Shown one piece after another: positions 12,941-24,343 of a DNA stretch of 64,000 nucleotides. The translations under genes were made by a program, and so were the position numbers. Positions within the stretch are counted from its first letter, which is position 1; the number at the start of each line of letters is the position of its first letter. The stretch is from Hypanus sabinus (lineage: Eukaryota), in contig NC_082731.1 of the NCBI RefSeq assembly GCF_030144855.1, positions 22,940,001-23,004,000 on the forward strand. The letters are read 5' to 3'. The notes under the pieces are model-generated. The model was not told where the DNA came from. It worked only from the letters and a program-made list of their open reading frames with translations, and ran no database searches.

Positions 12941-13189
12941 AGATCCAGGAATGTAATGGGAATAAATAAATAAATAAATAAAACTGTAACTGTGGAAAGC
13001 AGATTTGGAGATGCAATGTATTTCCTTAGTGGGCTGTCACTGAAAAAACAACTTTCGGAATATTAAGTAAGTTTGTTTTATTTTTTTTCAATAGTAGCGA
13101 TACAGTGCGGAGGGCGGTCTAACAAGGCTTGTGCCACACTGTCCCTGCAAACACCGACAAAAAATGTTTATCTCTTGTAGATCAAGGAA

Positions 13190-13385
13190 TAATTTACATT
13201 TTACAATTAACCCAACCCGTATTCTTCGAATTGCGAAGTTATCCAGTTTCCCCGGGGAACCTCCACGTACTCGACCGTGTTGACGTACAGAGTCTCTTCA
13301 GAACACAGCGCCAGAAATGAACTAGGAACTGCAAAATAACAAACTAGAGCAGAGCCGTGCTAACCAAAAGCTCACGTGGCGTCCA
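13190..13385 (-). mobile_element. Decayed tRNA-derived SINE (paralogue about 60110-60315)
   Basis: CAATTAACC...GAACC..CACG...GTGCTAACCA pattern typical of the reverse complement of elasmobranch tRNA-SINEs; recognised by eye. Confidence 0.5.
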
Positions 13386-14631
13386 ACTGGAGAGACTGAA
13401 AGAAAATTAGTGCAAGAGTGGGAAGAGAAGTTGTTTTTTTAAAAAAAAAAGCAAACACAGAATCAGACAGGAATAGACATCTATGTCACGTCCTGGAGAG
13501 ATAACGAATCAGTTGAATGTCATATCGTTATGAAACTCTCAGAGGGCGAATATCTATAGGGAGGTAATAATGCGTGGAAATACTGCCAGAGTAGCAGGAT
13601 CGAACACAAAGAGACAGATATCAGAGTATGAATGATAGCTGATAATACAATTAGCACACGCCCAAACACAAAGAGTACTACAGAAGGCAAGAGGAAGAGA
13701 GAGTGTAAATAATAGAAACAAAGAAATGACAGACAGCCATGTATAAATCAAGCAGCGAGACAAACGAAAAATAAAACGACAGGTAGATAGAGTATCAGAA
13801 CAGAGGTACTGAGAGAATAACAGACTGTTAGGGAGAGGAGAGAAGGAGAGTGCTGTTTGGAGAAAGTGACCAACGGTATTATAAAAAGAGATAAAATTAA
13901 CAGAACGGTATATATCAAGGAACCAGAAATATGCAATAGAAAATTGGAAGATATTGATGGCAAGAGTAAGGTAGAGACCTGGAAGCAAAAATATAACGAA
14001 AGTGAGAGAGAAACAAAGGGAGTAGAAATAATCAAGGATATTGACGGAGGTAGAAATTGAGAGGGGAGAGAGAGTTTGAGCGAGATGCAGATAAAGTGAA
14101 GGAGGAAAATCTGTATCCTACAGGGCATTCATTCTTCGTGCTCCTTACAGATTACTTGGGTTGCGCTGCCCACCGAGACTCTGCGAAAATGGACAATCTT
14201 TGTTCTGTGGAATTCATGTACTCCTGGGTTGACAAAGGTTTTGATAACTTTCATCAGAGTGGAGCCAGAAGTTTCGGCTAAATTAATATTTGAGAACGGA
14301 CAGACAAAGCATTAAAATATACATAAATGAAAGGGCATGTTAAATTTCTTTTAGCATACTGAGATATGTCCGACATATCGGTCGCAATATGTCCAAAGTT
14401 CTCCAGAAGTATGAGTGGGCAAATTTTACGCTGAATTGTATAATATTGAAGGATGACATGTAAATATTTTAGGGGGCCCGATGTCGTATTGTGACATATA
14501 TATTCACGCTGCGGAGGTCTATCTATCAAGGCCGGTGCAGTCAAAACGCTACGCTGTGTGTTGCTCAGGTCAATTGGCACTAAAACATCAACAGATAGCG
14601 AATGACGGAATGACAAGCTGTGAGCACACAC

Positions 14632-14761
14632 NNNNNNNNNNNNNNNNNNNNNNNNNNNNNNNNNNNNNNNNNNNNNNNNNNNNNNNNNNNNNNNNNNNNN
14701 NNNNNNNNNNNNNNNNNNNNNNNNNNNNNNNNNNNNNNNNNNNNNNNNNNNNNNNNNNNNN
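14632..14761. other. Assembly gap (130 N)
   Basis: N run at the CA-repeat position. Confidence 0.99.
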
Positions 14762-15129
14762 CGTCAAACATACAGATACAGATAACTATGCGCAGAAAAT
14801 GAAGCAACAGTGGCAAGTGTGGAAAGATAGAAACCGCAAAGCAGAGATATGTATTTACTACGAGACGGAGAATAGCTCCATCACATATAACTGCAGTTTC
14901 TCTGTGACTCTGTTAATTTATTTTAGTATTGTTTCTATGCAAAATCCGGAGATATGTGTATAAACATATGTCTCAGCAACCGACAGACGTCGAAAATTTG
15001 CCCTTGCATTTATCGGTGCTGTGCTGAAAGTTGGCATGAAGTTCTCTGTTAGTATTTCCACCGTATATCACTTTCGCATGTCGATCGACTGTACAATGGA
15101 AAAAAAAATGTCATTTTTAAAGCTGTAGA

Positions 15130-15362
15130 CTTATGTCGTCAGAGGGCTGTCTCAACAGCGGGGTGTGAGGCTCCGTCCTTGAAATACATAGAGCTGTCGC
15201 ATTTGAGACAATACGCAAAGCATGTCTCATGAAGCTGCGTTCCCATTGGGCGCTATTCATTTCCTGCCCATTATTGTACTTAAATATTAGAAACGGAAAG
15301 TCCTGAATCCTGGTGATAATTTGTTGATGAGAAAATCATTCAACCCATGTTTCATAAAAATA
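15130..15362 (+). promoter_or_regulatory. Putative V1 promoter region (CRE half-site CGTCA, GGGGTGTGA box, ETS-like TTCCTG)
   Basis: Motifs recur at equivalent positions upstream of V2 (about 24115-24343) and V3 (about 62165-62394). CRE and ETS sites are known in TCR V promoters, but conservation here may simply reflect recent duplication. Confidence 0.4.
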
Positions 15363-15805
15363 ATGTGGAGATTCGTCATCTGGATCGTGTGCGGAGCCTG
15401 GTTAACTGGTTTGTACGCACCAGACAATTCAATAGCTTTCTCAAAGCTGAATTCTAAAAAAAAAAAACCGTTAATATAACATTTTATGTTTTGACATTGT
15501 TCTTCAGATACGAGTCATGGAGATTCTGTCACTCAGACAATGCCACCGCAAATGAAGACAGAAGAAGAGACTGTGACATTCAGCTGCACCTATGATACTA
15601 CATGGAGTAGCTATTTTTACCGACAAAGGCCAGAGCAAAGTTTCGAGTACATACTGTCCAAAGATGACTATGGAGGCGAATATACAGTTGAAATTTCCTA
15701 TAGACGCTTCAAATCCTCTGTGAACGAGGGAAGGAAATTATTTAGTGTCACCATCTCAAAGCTGCAAATGCGTGACTCCGCAGTTTATTACTGTGCCCTA
15801 AGGCG
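15363..15805 (+). CDS. TRAV/TRDV: TCR alpha/delta V segment V1 (leader exon 15363-15408, intron 15409-15507, V exon 15508-15805)
   Basis: Leader MWRFVIWIVCGAWLT+G, GT donor 15409, AG acceptor 15507, phase 1. Spliced ORF DTSHGDSVTQTMPPQ...VTFSC...YFYRQRP...RRFKSS...FSVTISKLQMRDSAVYYCALR has both Ig cysteines and is followed directly by a 23-RSS. CDR1 pattern CxY(D/E)T(T/S)WxSY resembles human TRDV1 (recalled, not searched). Lacks 9 nt relative to V2/V3; Phe at the Trp41 site. Confidence 0.93.
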
Positions 15806-15844
15806 CACAGTGATGTATTGCAGTTAAATGCTCGTACAAAAGTT
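15806..15844 (+). other. Recombination signal sequence (23-RSS) of V1
   Basis: Heptamer CACAGTG 15806-15812, 23-nt spacer, nonamer ACAAAAGTT 15836-15844. Confidence 0.95.
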
Positions 15845-16089
15845 CACTTACAGTAGAATACATGCTTTGATCGCTGCAGCTTAATATATTTGTGTAATCC
15901 TTTACTCATTGTGGTTTCACGTCTCTAAGAGTACCTGGTGAAGTTTCCCTCGCCTTCGTCTGTGAAGGCTCAGCAATGGTGTAACCGCACCTCTCTCTCC
16001 AATGCCGCAGAGAGATCTGGAGCCTCTGCTATCTCAGTTAATTTGTGAAATATACGTTAACACGACAAGAAAATTTTGAGCCATAAAAT

Positions 16090-16238
16090 NNNNNNNNNNN
16101 NNNNNNNNNNNNNNNNNNNNNNNNNNNNNNNNNNNNNNNNNNNNNNNNNNNNNNNNNNNNNNNNNNNNNNNNNNNNNNNNNNNNNNNNNNNNNNNNNNNN
16201 NNNNNNNNNNNNNNNNNNNNNNNNNNNNNNNNNNNNNN
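16090..16238. other. Assembly gap (149 N)
   Basis: N run at the GT-repeat position. Confidence 0.99.
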
Positions 16239-17479
16239 GTTACTGTCCAGTGTGCCAATGCACGACATGACAACTGGATAACTGGATTTAATGCTACCTG
16301 GCTGTGGTTGATTAGTCCTTTAAATCAAAGATGCTTAACTATCTGTTAGTGTGATGATGAATGATTGTCTGGAATCGGTATAAATGAGGTTTTGAAGAAG
16401 TCCGTAAAGATATCAGTTAGCATGTGCGCACAACCTGACCACATGACCTGAGATGTGTTCTTACCAGGTCTCAGAATTGAGTGAGAGTGATAACTGTGAG
16501 TTTCCTTCTGATGTTTGTTGATGCTACAGATGTGAAGGCAGCGCTGTGTTTTTTTTTAAGGCGGAGCGTACATCTATGTTCACCTACATAGATTAGCGTG
16601 ATAAGTAAGTCCGCAGAAGAAAAGGGAACCTGAATTGGAGAATGGATTTGATACACAAATGTATAGCTGATACCCAAACAGAATGCCAGATGTTGTCTCA
16701 GGATAGCAGGAAAGGAGGACATGGACGCCATGTTGGAATGGATTTGGTAATTAAATTAAAATGGTTGGGATGTATTCAAATGCTTCCTGCTGCAGGATTC
16801 TCAATGATTCGCAACGATTCGTACGATAACATGTACCCACAATCCCCGTCGAGTCTCACCGATGTTGTGCACACCGGATTATAACCACTGCATATATTGA
16901 ATAAGACAAAAAGGTGAAAGAACAAAGGAGGAAATTTACACCATTTTAGCCCACAGAGGTTGATCCGCTATTTTAAGATAGCTGACTCATTTCTCCTCTC
17001 ATTCCCAACTACCGTTCTTCTCCCCGTATCCCCTTTGCACTAACCAATCGAAATCCATCAACCTCTGTCTTAAAAATAGGTACAGATTTGTCCTAAGTAG
17101 ATATCTCTGGTCAAGAATCCGAAATGCACCACACTCTCCGGTCAAAAAAAAAAACAAAATATCCTCATCTCCGTTCAAAAAGGACGCCCATGTATTTTAG
17201 CCTCTTTCTCATTTCAACATCTGTTCAATAATCGCATTTTATGATCAGGGAAGCCAATTATGTATCGAAATAGCCAAGTTTCACTCTTTGCATCTCTTTG
17301 CAGATGCGGAAACATTTGTTAACGTATTTAAGAGAATCCATTCACATCGACACTCCTCGTGCACAGTTCACACTGAAATACTAAAACAATTTGCTTTTGC
17401 ATACCCACAGTTTGAACTTGGGAGATTAGAATGATGTGATGGTCTTGTGAGTGGCATGATGTAATTTTCTAATGCCCTT

Positions 17480-17508
17480 CGGAAGTGGTGGGGCTGTGAC
17501 GTCACGTG
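17480..17508. promoter_or_regulatory. Motif cluster CGGAAGTG (ETS), TGACGTCA (CRE), CACGTG (E-box)
   Basis: Exact motifs at 17480, 17497-17504 and 17503-17508; function untested. Confidence 0.35.
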
Positions 17509-17548
17509 AAGACATACTCCAAACGGAATTTAAACAAACCCGCGGATT

Positions 17549-17960
17549 GTGACGCAGTTCCATTTTTTTTTATGCAGCATTGTTGTTTCTGGACGTCGGT
17601 GTGAGTCTCAACTGGTTTTGTTTATTGCACGTTCATATTTTTTTCTCTGGCAGTAAAGTATCAAAGAGTGAAGGCATTTTCGGGGTTATCCGAGTTCAAA
17701 GGACTGCATAAAGTTCATGCCGTTCAGCATTTTAGGCAATGGTAGTCCGTGGACTTCCTTCAGAAATTGTTGCATGCACTTTTGAGTTGAGCATCTGGAA
17801 AATCAGGAAGGATTGTGCAGTGACGACCCTCAAGTCAAAAGGTCGATCCTGAGAAGGAATTGGTTTCTTTTTTTTGTGGGGGGGGGAGTCTCTTCGTACT
17901 GACCGTATAAATTACAGTGACTTTTGAATTTATCACTTTAAGACTATGCGTGGATGAAAA
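17549..17960 (+). pseudogene. Possible decayed V pseudogene downstream of a CRE/E-box/ETS cluster
   Basis: Leader-like (GTG)TQFHFFLCSIVVSGRR + GTGAGT, phase 1; KGR(S/Y)...SLFVLTV......(E/D)...C; 3' part also at about 26130-26290. Confidence 0.3.
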
Positions 17961-18698
17961 CTCGTGAAAAACAGTTACGTTGTTTGAATGCTTTTGGCAC
18001 CAGAATGATAATTTCCGGTTAAGTTCGTCGTTTGTTTACTTTTCTACGAACAAGCAGATGTTAATAAATCTTCTGATTTATTTAAAACCCTGTCTCAGTT
18101 TCATATTCATTGCTGCTGCATTCATATCTTAGCTCCTGAGTTTGCTGGAATTTCCGAAGTCCACCCACTAGCATTTTTCACCTGAACCCACCCAGTCTAT
18201 TCTGATAAGGCAGACATTGAATATCTTTGTAAATCTCTCATGCAGCCTTTTTACCCAACTACCGGCATCTGCACTACGGCGACTACAACTTTAGGAATTA
18301 CTGTTGGTGCTGTCGCCCAGTTATAACAGTAGTACCATACCTTGATCTCAGTATCGAATTCGCTGCTGGTAAGCAAGGCATTCTTTTCAGTCCATTTACA
18401 CATCTAAGAAAACATGCACTTTTGCCCAAATGCCGCTGCTCTATGAGCTACCACGTACTGAACAATTCCTAGCTTTGGTTATCTTATTGAAATGCATCAC
18501 ATCCCGCTTACATATATTGCAATCGAAATGTGTTTCTTGTTTGCCCAACAAAAGCAGGGAACTGTCGATTTTGGAATACCCAATAGGAGTGAACTATCAA
18601 CAGTTTCCAACATGACACATTTCATTTACCCTGATGACTTGCCCTATTAAGTACCTGATCTTTCTTTATTTGAAGCACATCGGGGTTGATCTTGTGCG

Positions 18699-20130
18699 CT
18701 TTATTTGTAGAATATCGTATACTGTTATATTGTCTCGACTTATACTTCTATTGAGATTTAAATCAGTATTAGGTAATTTGACGCATTGAGTGTGCTGCCC
18801 CATTTCATAACGGTAGATTCAAATTTCCTCTCACACCCAGTGTTCTGTCTTCTGCCCAATTTCCCCCCAAATCCTGACTAATCAATTGCACATAAATGTT
18901 TGCCTTCAATATGCATAACGTCTCGCCCTCCACACCAGCGTATGGCTTTGATTCACAGAGAGTCATCGCTCTCTGCTGAAAGAAGTTCCTCCTCATCCTT
19001 TTTTTTTATAAAAGGACACAGTTTAATCTGAGGTGGCGTCTTCTATTTTAGACTCTCTCTCTCACACATGAAGGGAAGAATTTTCTCTATACCCGCTCTA
19101 TGAAGGCTTTCGCCATCAGATCGTTTTCAATGTCATCACCCCTCGTCCTTCTGCATTCCTGTGACTATGCACACAGAATCATTAAACATTCCTTATATGC
19201 AATCCTTTCAAACCTGAACGTCGTCGGAATCCGTTCCAGATTGAATGAATGAACGGATGTATGACATTTTATTTCGGGCAGTACAAACAAACAAAAATAT
19301 CATTTTAAAGAGTATTTCATAACGATGATTTTATATAAACAACATTAACTGATAAAACTGTCAGTAAAGCAGACTGTAAGTGTGCAGGCATCTCTGTTGT
19401 CATTTAATGTGCAGCGTACATCTATAACCTACACTTTATTTGGAGAATATCGTATACTGCGATAGCGTCTCGACTTTTTCTTCTCTTATATATAGAAGCA
19501 GTAATAGGAAATTTGACCCCATTGAGTGTGCTGCATCATTTCATAACGGCAGATTCAAATTATCTCTCACCCGCAGTGTTCTGTCCTCTGCCCATTTGCC
19601 CCCAAATCCTGAGTAATCTATTGCATATAAATGTTTGCCTTCAATATGCATATCGTCTTGCTCTCCACACCTGCGTATGGCTACTATTCACAAAGAGTCA
19701 TCTCTCTGCTGAAAGAAATTCCTCCTCGTCCTTTATTTTCTGAAAGGACATCGTTCATTCTGAGGTGGCGTCTTTTGGTCTTAGTTACTCTCTCTCACAA
19801 GAGGGAAATAATCTTCTCTATACCCACCCTATAAAGGTTTTCGCCATTAATAGATTTCACTGTCATCACTTCTCGTCCCACTGACTTCCTGTGACCATGC
19901 ACAGAGGATCATTAAATGTTCGTTGTATGCAATCGCTTCAAAGCTGAAATGATTTTCGTGAAATTCGTCGGAATGCGTTCCAGTTTGAATGAATGAATGA
20001 CATTTTATTTCGGTCAGTACAAACAAACAAAAAGTGTCATTTTTAACGATTATTTCCTAACGATGATTTCATAAAACATCATTAAATAATTAAAAAAAAA
20101 TCTTTGATGCAGACTTAAAGTGTGCAGACT
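18699..20130. repeat. Tandem duplication, period 735 bp, containing a CR1 3' end
   Basis: AGAATATCGTATAC at 18709 and 19444; the two units are collinear; single copy in B2 (about 27035-27515). Confidence 0.85.
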
Positions 20131-20499
20131 GAAGCTACAGCATATTGCGCCTACCTCTCTTAATTATCGTGGGGATTTATAAGTTTGTGGCCTAATGTAG
20201 AAGGAGTCAATTTTTGAAAACCTACCACATTTATGTTTCAACGTAATTCCCTCCGAACGAAATGCAGTTCTAAGTATAATTTAACAGTATTACTCCCATT
20301 CATTTTGAATTGATTGTTTGATATCTGTTCATGAAATTATTCTTAAATAACTTGTTTAACTTGCCAAGAGTGGTATATATATATATATATTTAATTCTTA
20401 CTGCAACTGTTCCATACATTCACCCCTTGACTGAAATACAATGATTTTTTTTTTTTTAACATTTGTTCTTACCCTCTTGTTTCGTAATATACATATTCC

Positions 20500-20720
20500 T
20501 CTCAAATCATGTTGACTTTTATTCATTTGAAACACTCTTTGGATACTTTGTGGTAACTGACCTTTGTGTTACTTTATACATAATTTGCGTTATTCTAACA
20601 TCAACGAAATCTCTGAATTTTAAGGTGATAATTTGAACAAATAGTGACTTGTTTGGCTCATAATAACTTGTCTTATGTACAGTTCTTATGAATTTATTTT
20701 GGAGTAGCAAAAGTAGTGAT
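20500..20720 (-). mobile_element. L2-like LINE C-terminal fragment (paralogue at about 27720-27920)
   Basis: LQNKFIRTV..YYEP..SLF...LKFRDFVD...QIMYK pattern. Confidence 0.5.
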
Positions 20721-20759
20721 TGTAATTTTATTGAATGTATTTCCCCATACGTCTACACA

Positions 20760-21330
20760 GTAAGTCACGTAAGGGACTAAGTGAACAGAATATAGATTTA
20801 AGCCCATGCTTTGCTCTCTAAGGTACGGGGCCTAAAGCTGCTCATATTACCCCAAATTGAGGCGTCAGCGATGTTTTATAAACTCTCAACATAAATTACA
20901 TGTTTTTATATACTAGACCTATTGAATTGAATATTAACATCGCACTTGCCTTCCTCAACGCAGAATCAACTTGCATATTAAACTTCGGGAAGCGTGCAGA
21001 AACAATCCCTATTTTCTTTGCCTGACTGTTTGAATTCATTTGTCTATCAATTGAGTAAATTGTCAAAATTTTCAAATCACTTCCGTTTCCCCACACTGTA
21101 TTCCATATGCCCCTTTTTTGCCCTTTCTACAAATCTGGCTAAGTCCATCCGTAACCTACCTACGTTCTCAATCTTTCTTGTCACTCAACCCACCTTCATA
21201 TCCGGTAAAGGCAATAATTCCATAATCCAAGTGATCAACAGTTAATGTGCAAACAATTGGTCATAACACTCCCCTGTGTAACACCAGTGGACACTAGCAG
21301 TCAAACAGAAAATGCTCCCGTTACTTTCAT
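20760..21330 (-). mobile_element. CR1 RT fragment (paralogue at about 27960-28520)
   Basis: Minus strand LDRF.ERAK...MEYSVGK remnant. Confidence 0.65.
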
Positions 21331-21334
21331 TCTT

Positions 21335-22280
21335 TGAATTATCTGAGAGTTGTGTTTAAGTCACTTGCTGGAGGTCCTGGATATTCTGGAGTTGAAAAGA
21401 CCTATGGATTTCTCAGGGAAAGGTTTTATTGGCCACGAATTAGCCGGAGCTCAAGGAATACTACAAATCTTGCATTTCATGCACTAGGAGGAAGACGCTG
21501 CCAACGTGGGCCAGGGCAATGTCACACATATAGAATGCGCGGTCCTTTGACCTAGTGGGGTCAACGTATTTAACCTCTGGTCCACAGCTACGACTGCAAC
21601 TTAATGAAGGTACCAGGTACTTGCCACTTTATCTGATGTTCGGGCACGAGGCGAGGTTTTCCATCGACCTTTGTTTTAGGGACGCGAGGAAGACCTACTA
21701 CCGAAGATTTATTTTAAGAATGTTTCCATTATGAGAAGGGAGATTAAAAGTGCACATGAACGAACTGAGATCGTAGATGGAAAACAGAAACAAGGATACT
21801 AGAGAAGGTTTGATCGTAAGTTTAGTTACTCCCAAGTCAAGGCGGGAGACAAAGTCCTCTGAGGAAATTTGGGGTACTTGGGAAGCATATGTTGGCTGAA
21901 CGGTGGGTGGCTTCGCCCTATGAAGTGAAGATTAACATGCTAAAGATGCTAATTTTCCCGGTGAAACCAGGATAGGAATGGGTCTGACACGATTCTCGAT
22001 CGGAATCACCTTCTGACTATGGGTCAAGAGGGGCGGGTTGACCCAGAACCCGAACTGGAGAGTAAACTTCTTAAGTGTATTCTGCGGCGGCGAGTGTGTC
22101 TGATCGAACAAAAGCATGAGAGATAAGACCGTCCCCCAGCCCCGAATCGGATACTAATTGGGAGAATGAGTAAATGGGCGTGTATTATATTCTGCCTTTT
22201 GCTAATTCCCCACTGACTGAGGAAGATATTCCCAATCATTCTCACGGTGTCAGTAGGATTCGGGGTGGGGGCGTAATTGG
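21335..22280 (+). mobile_element. Gypsy integrase fragment (third family), in B1
   Basis: GYSGVEKTYGFLRERFYWP (GHxGxxKT...ERFYWP motif) and a C-terminal GDKVL..NLG..GKH-type remnant. Boundaries approximate. Confidence 0.7.
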
Positions 22281-23665
22281 CGGCTACGATCTGTGGACAG
22301 CCGGATTCAGCGGGACAGTTCACGGGTTGGAGCCGGACTCAGCCAAGCATTCCGGGTTTCAGGAGTACACGAGTTTTTGGCTTTGCACGTAGGATTGTCA
22401 ATTTATCACAGTTCCATGAGGACTTCACTAAATTTGGTGGAGCAGATTTTAAGACCATCGGAATGGTGTCATTGCTGATATTTACTCTGAAATTAAGCTA
22501 TATGAATATCGGCGACACCTGCATGACGTACGCGATCTTCGACTTATCTGATGCGTATGTTCGTGGCGGCTGCTCGAAAACCAGGGAGTATTGTAGTAGG
22601 AATGGCTTACACCTCCAGAGGTTCCCCACGTAGCAAGCTCGAAGGGAAAGAGGCAGATATGAGAGTAAGAATGAGAGTTGATTATACAATTAGCACACGC
22701 ACAAACACAAACACAAATAATGGAAATGAAGAAATGGCAGACAACTGGGTATAAGACAAGCAGCGAGACAAATGATAAATAACTCCACATGTAGATAGAG
22801 TATCAGGACAGAGGTACTGAGAGAATGTCAGACTATTAGGGAGAAGAGAGAGGGAGAGTGGTGATTGGCGAAAGTGACCATCGGTATTATTATCAGAAGA
22901 GATAAAATTAGCAGAACGACACATATATCAAGGAACCAGAAAGAAACAAAAGAAAATTGGGAGATATTAATGGCTAGAATAAGGCAGAGACCTGGAAGTA
23001 AAAAAGATAACGAAAGTGAGAGAGAAATAATGGGAGTAGAAATAAACAAGGATATTGACGTATGTAGAAATTGAGAGAGGGAGAGAAAGATTGACCGAGA
23101 TGCAGATAAACTGAAGGAGGAAAACCTGTATCCTACACAGCATTCATTATTTGTGCTCCTTGCAGATTACTTTGGTTGCGCTGCCGACTGAGACTCTGTA
23201 AAAATGGACAATCTTTGTACTGTGGAACTGATGTACTCCTGGGTTGTCGAAGGCTGTACTATCTTTCATCAAGGAGGAGCGAGAAGTGTATCCGCCGTGA
23301 TAAGGTGTGTCAATCAAGTTTCGTTTAAATTAATGATTGAGAACGGACAGACAACCCATTAAAATATACATAAATGAAAGGGCATTCTTCATTTATTTCA
23401 GCATCCTGAGATATGTCCGACATATCGGCTGCAATATGTACAAAGTTCTCCAGAATAATGACTGGGCAAGTTTTACGCTGAGATGTAGAAATATTGAAGA
23501 ATCACATGTAAATATTTTAGGGGGCCCGATGACGTATTGTGCCGTATATCTTCAAGCTGTTGAGCTCAATCTATCGTGGCCGGTGCACTCAAAATGCTAC
23601 TCTAGGTGTTGCTAAGCTCAATTGGCACTAAAAGATCAACAGACGAAATGACAAGATGTGAGCAA

Positions 23666-23722
23666 ACACACAAAGAGACACAAACACACGCGCGCGCACA
23701 CACACAGACACACACACACACA
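23666..23722. repeat. (CA)n-rich microsatellite upstream of V2
   Basis: Imperfect CA/CG run; the equivalent sites upstream of V1 and V3 are N gaps. Confidence 0.9.
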
Positions 23723-24343
23723 CGTGCGAGCGCAAGATCTTTCCGTCAGATTTACAGATACAGATACCGATGCACAGAAAATGAAACAACAATGGCAACT
23801 GTGTAAGAATAGAAACCATGAACCAAATATATGTATTTACTATTAAACGGAGAATAGCTCCATCATACATAACTGCAGTTTCTCTGTGACTTTGTTTATT
23901 TATTTTAGCATTGTTTCTATGTAAATCCCGGGATATCTGTATAAACATATGTCTCGGGAACCAACAGACATCTGTGATTTGCCCTTGTATTTATCGCTGC
24001 TGTGCAGAAAGTCGGCATGAATGTCTCAGTTAGTATTTCCACCGTATATCTCTTTTGCATGTCGATCGACTGAACAATGGAAAAAAAAAGTCATTTTAAA
24101 AGCTGCAGTTTCATAACGTCAGAGGGCTGTCTCAGACAGCGGGGTGTGACGCTCATTCCTGCAGGTACCTGGAACTGTCGCTTTTGTGACAATAGGCGGA
24201 GCATGTCTCATGAGGCTGCGTTCCCATTGGGCACTATTCACTTCCTGCCCATTGTATTACTTAAACAGGAAAATCGAAAAGTCCTCAATCCTGGTGATAA
24301 TTTGTTGATGAGAAAATTATTCAACACATTCTTCATAAAAATA

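Larger units (their letters stand above)
1..13590. repeat. Segmental duplication block A, copy 1 (extends beyond the left edge)
   Basis: Collinear with 47087-60523 from base 1 onward: same Rex1, Gypsy and SINE insertions in the same order, with independent indels. Confidence 0.92.
13591..22518. repeat. Segmental duplication block B, copy 1 (contains V1)
   Basis: Collinear with 22630-29673 and 60524-64000. Confidence 0.9.

Noticed and set aside
15363-15844. Interpretation of the V genes as NAR-TCR, supporting Vdelta, TAILV or IgH V
   Set aside because: They have their own leaders, no extra CDR1 cysteine, no adjacent D/J, and a TCR alpha/delta-type YYCALR end and FR1.
18326-18334. Minus-strand TACTACTGT (YYC)
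   Set aside because: No Asp at -6, no RSS after it, no upstream V framework.
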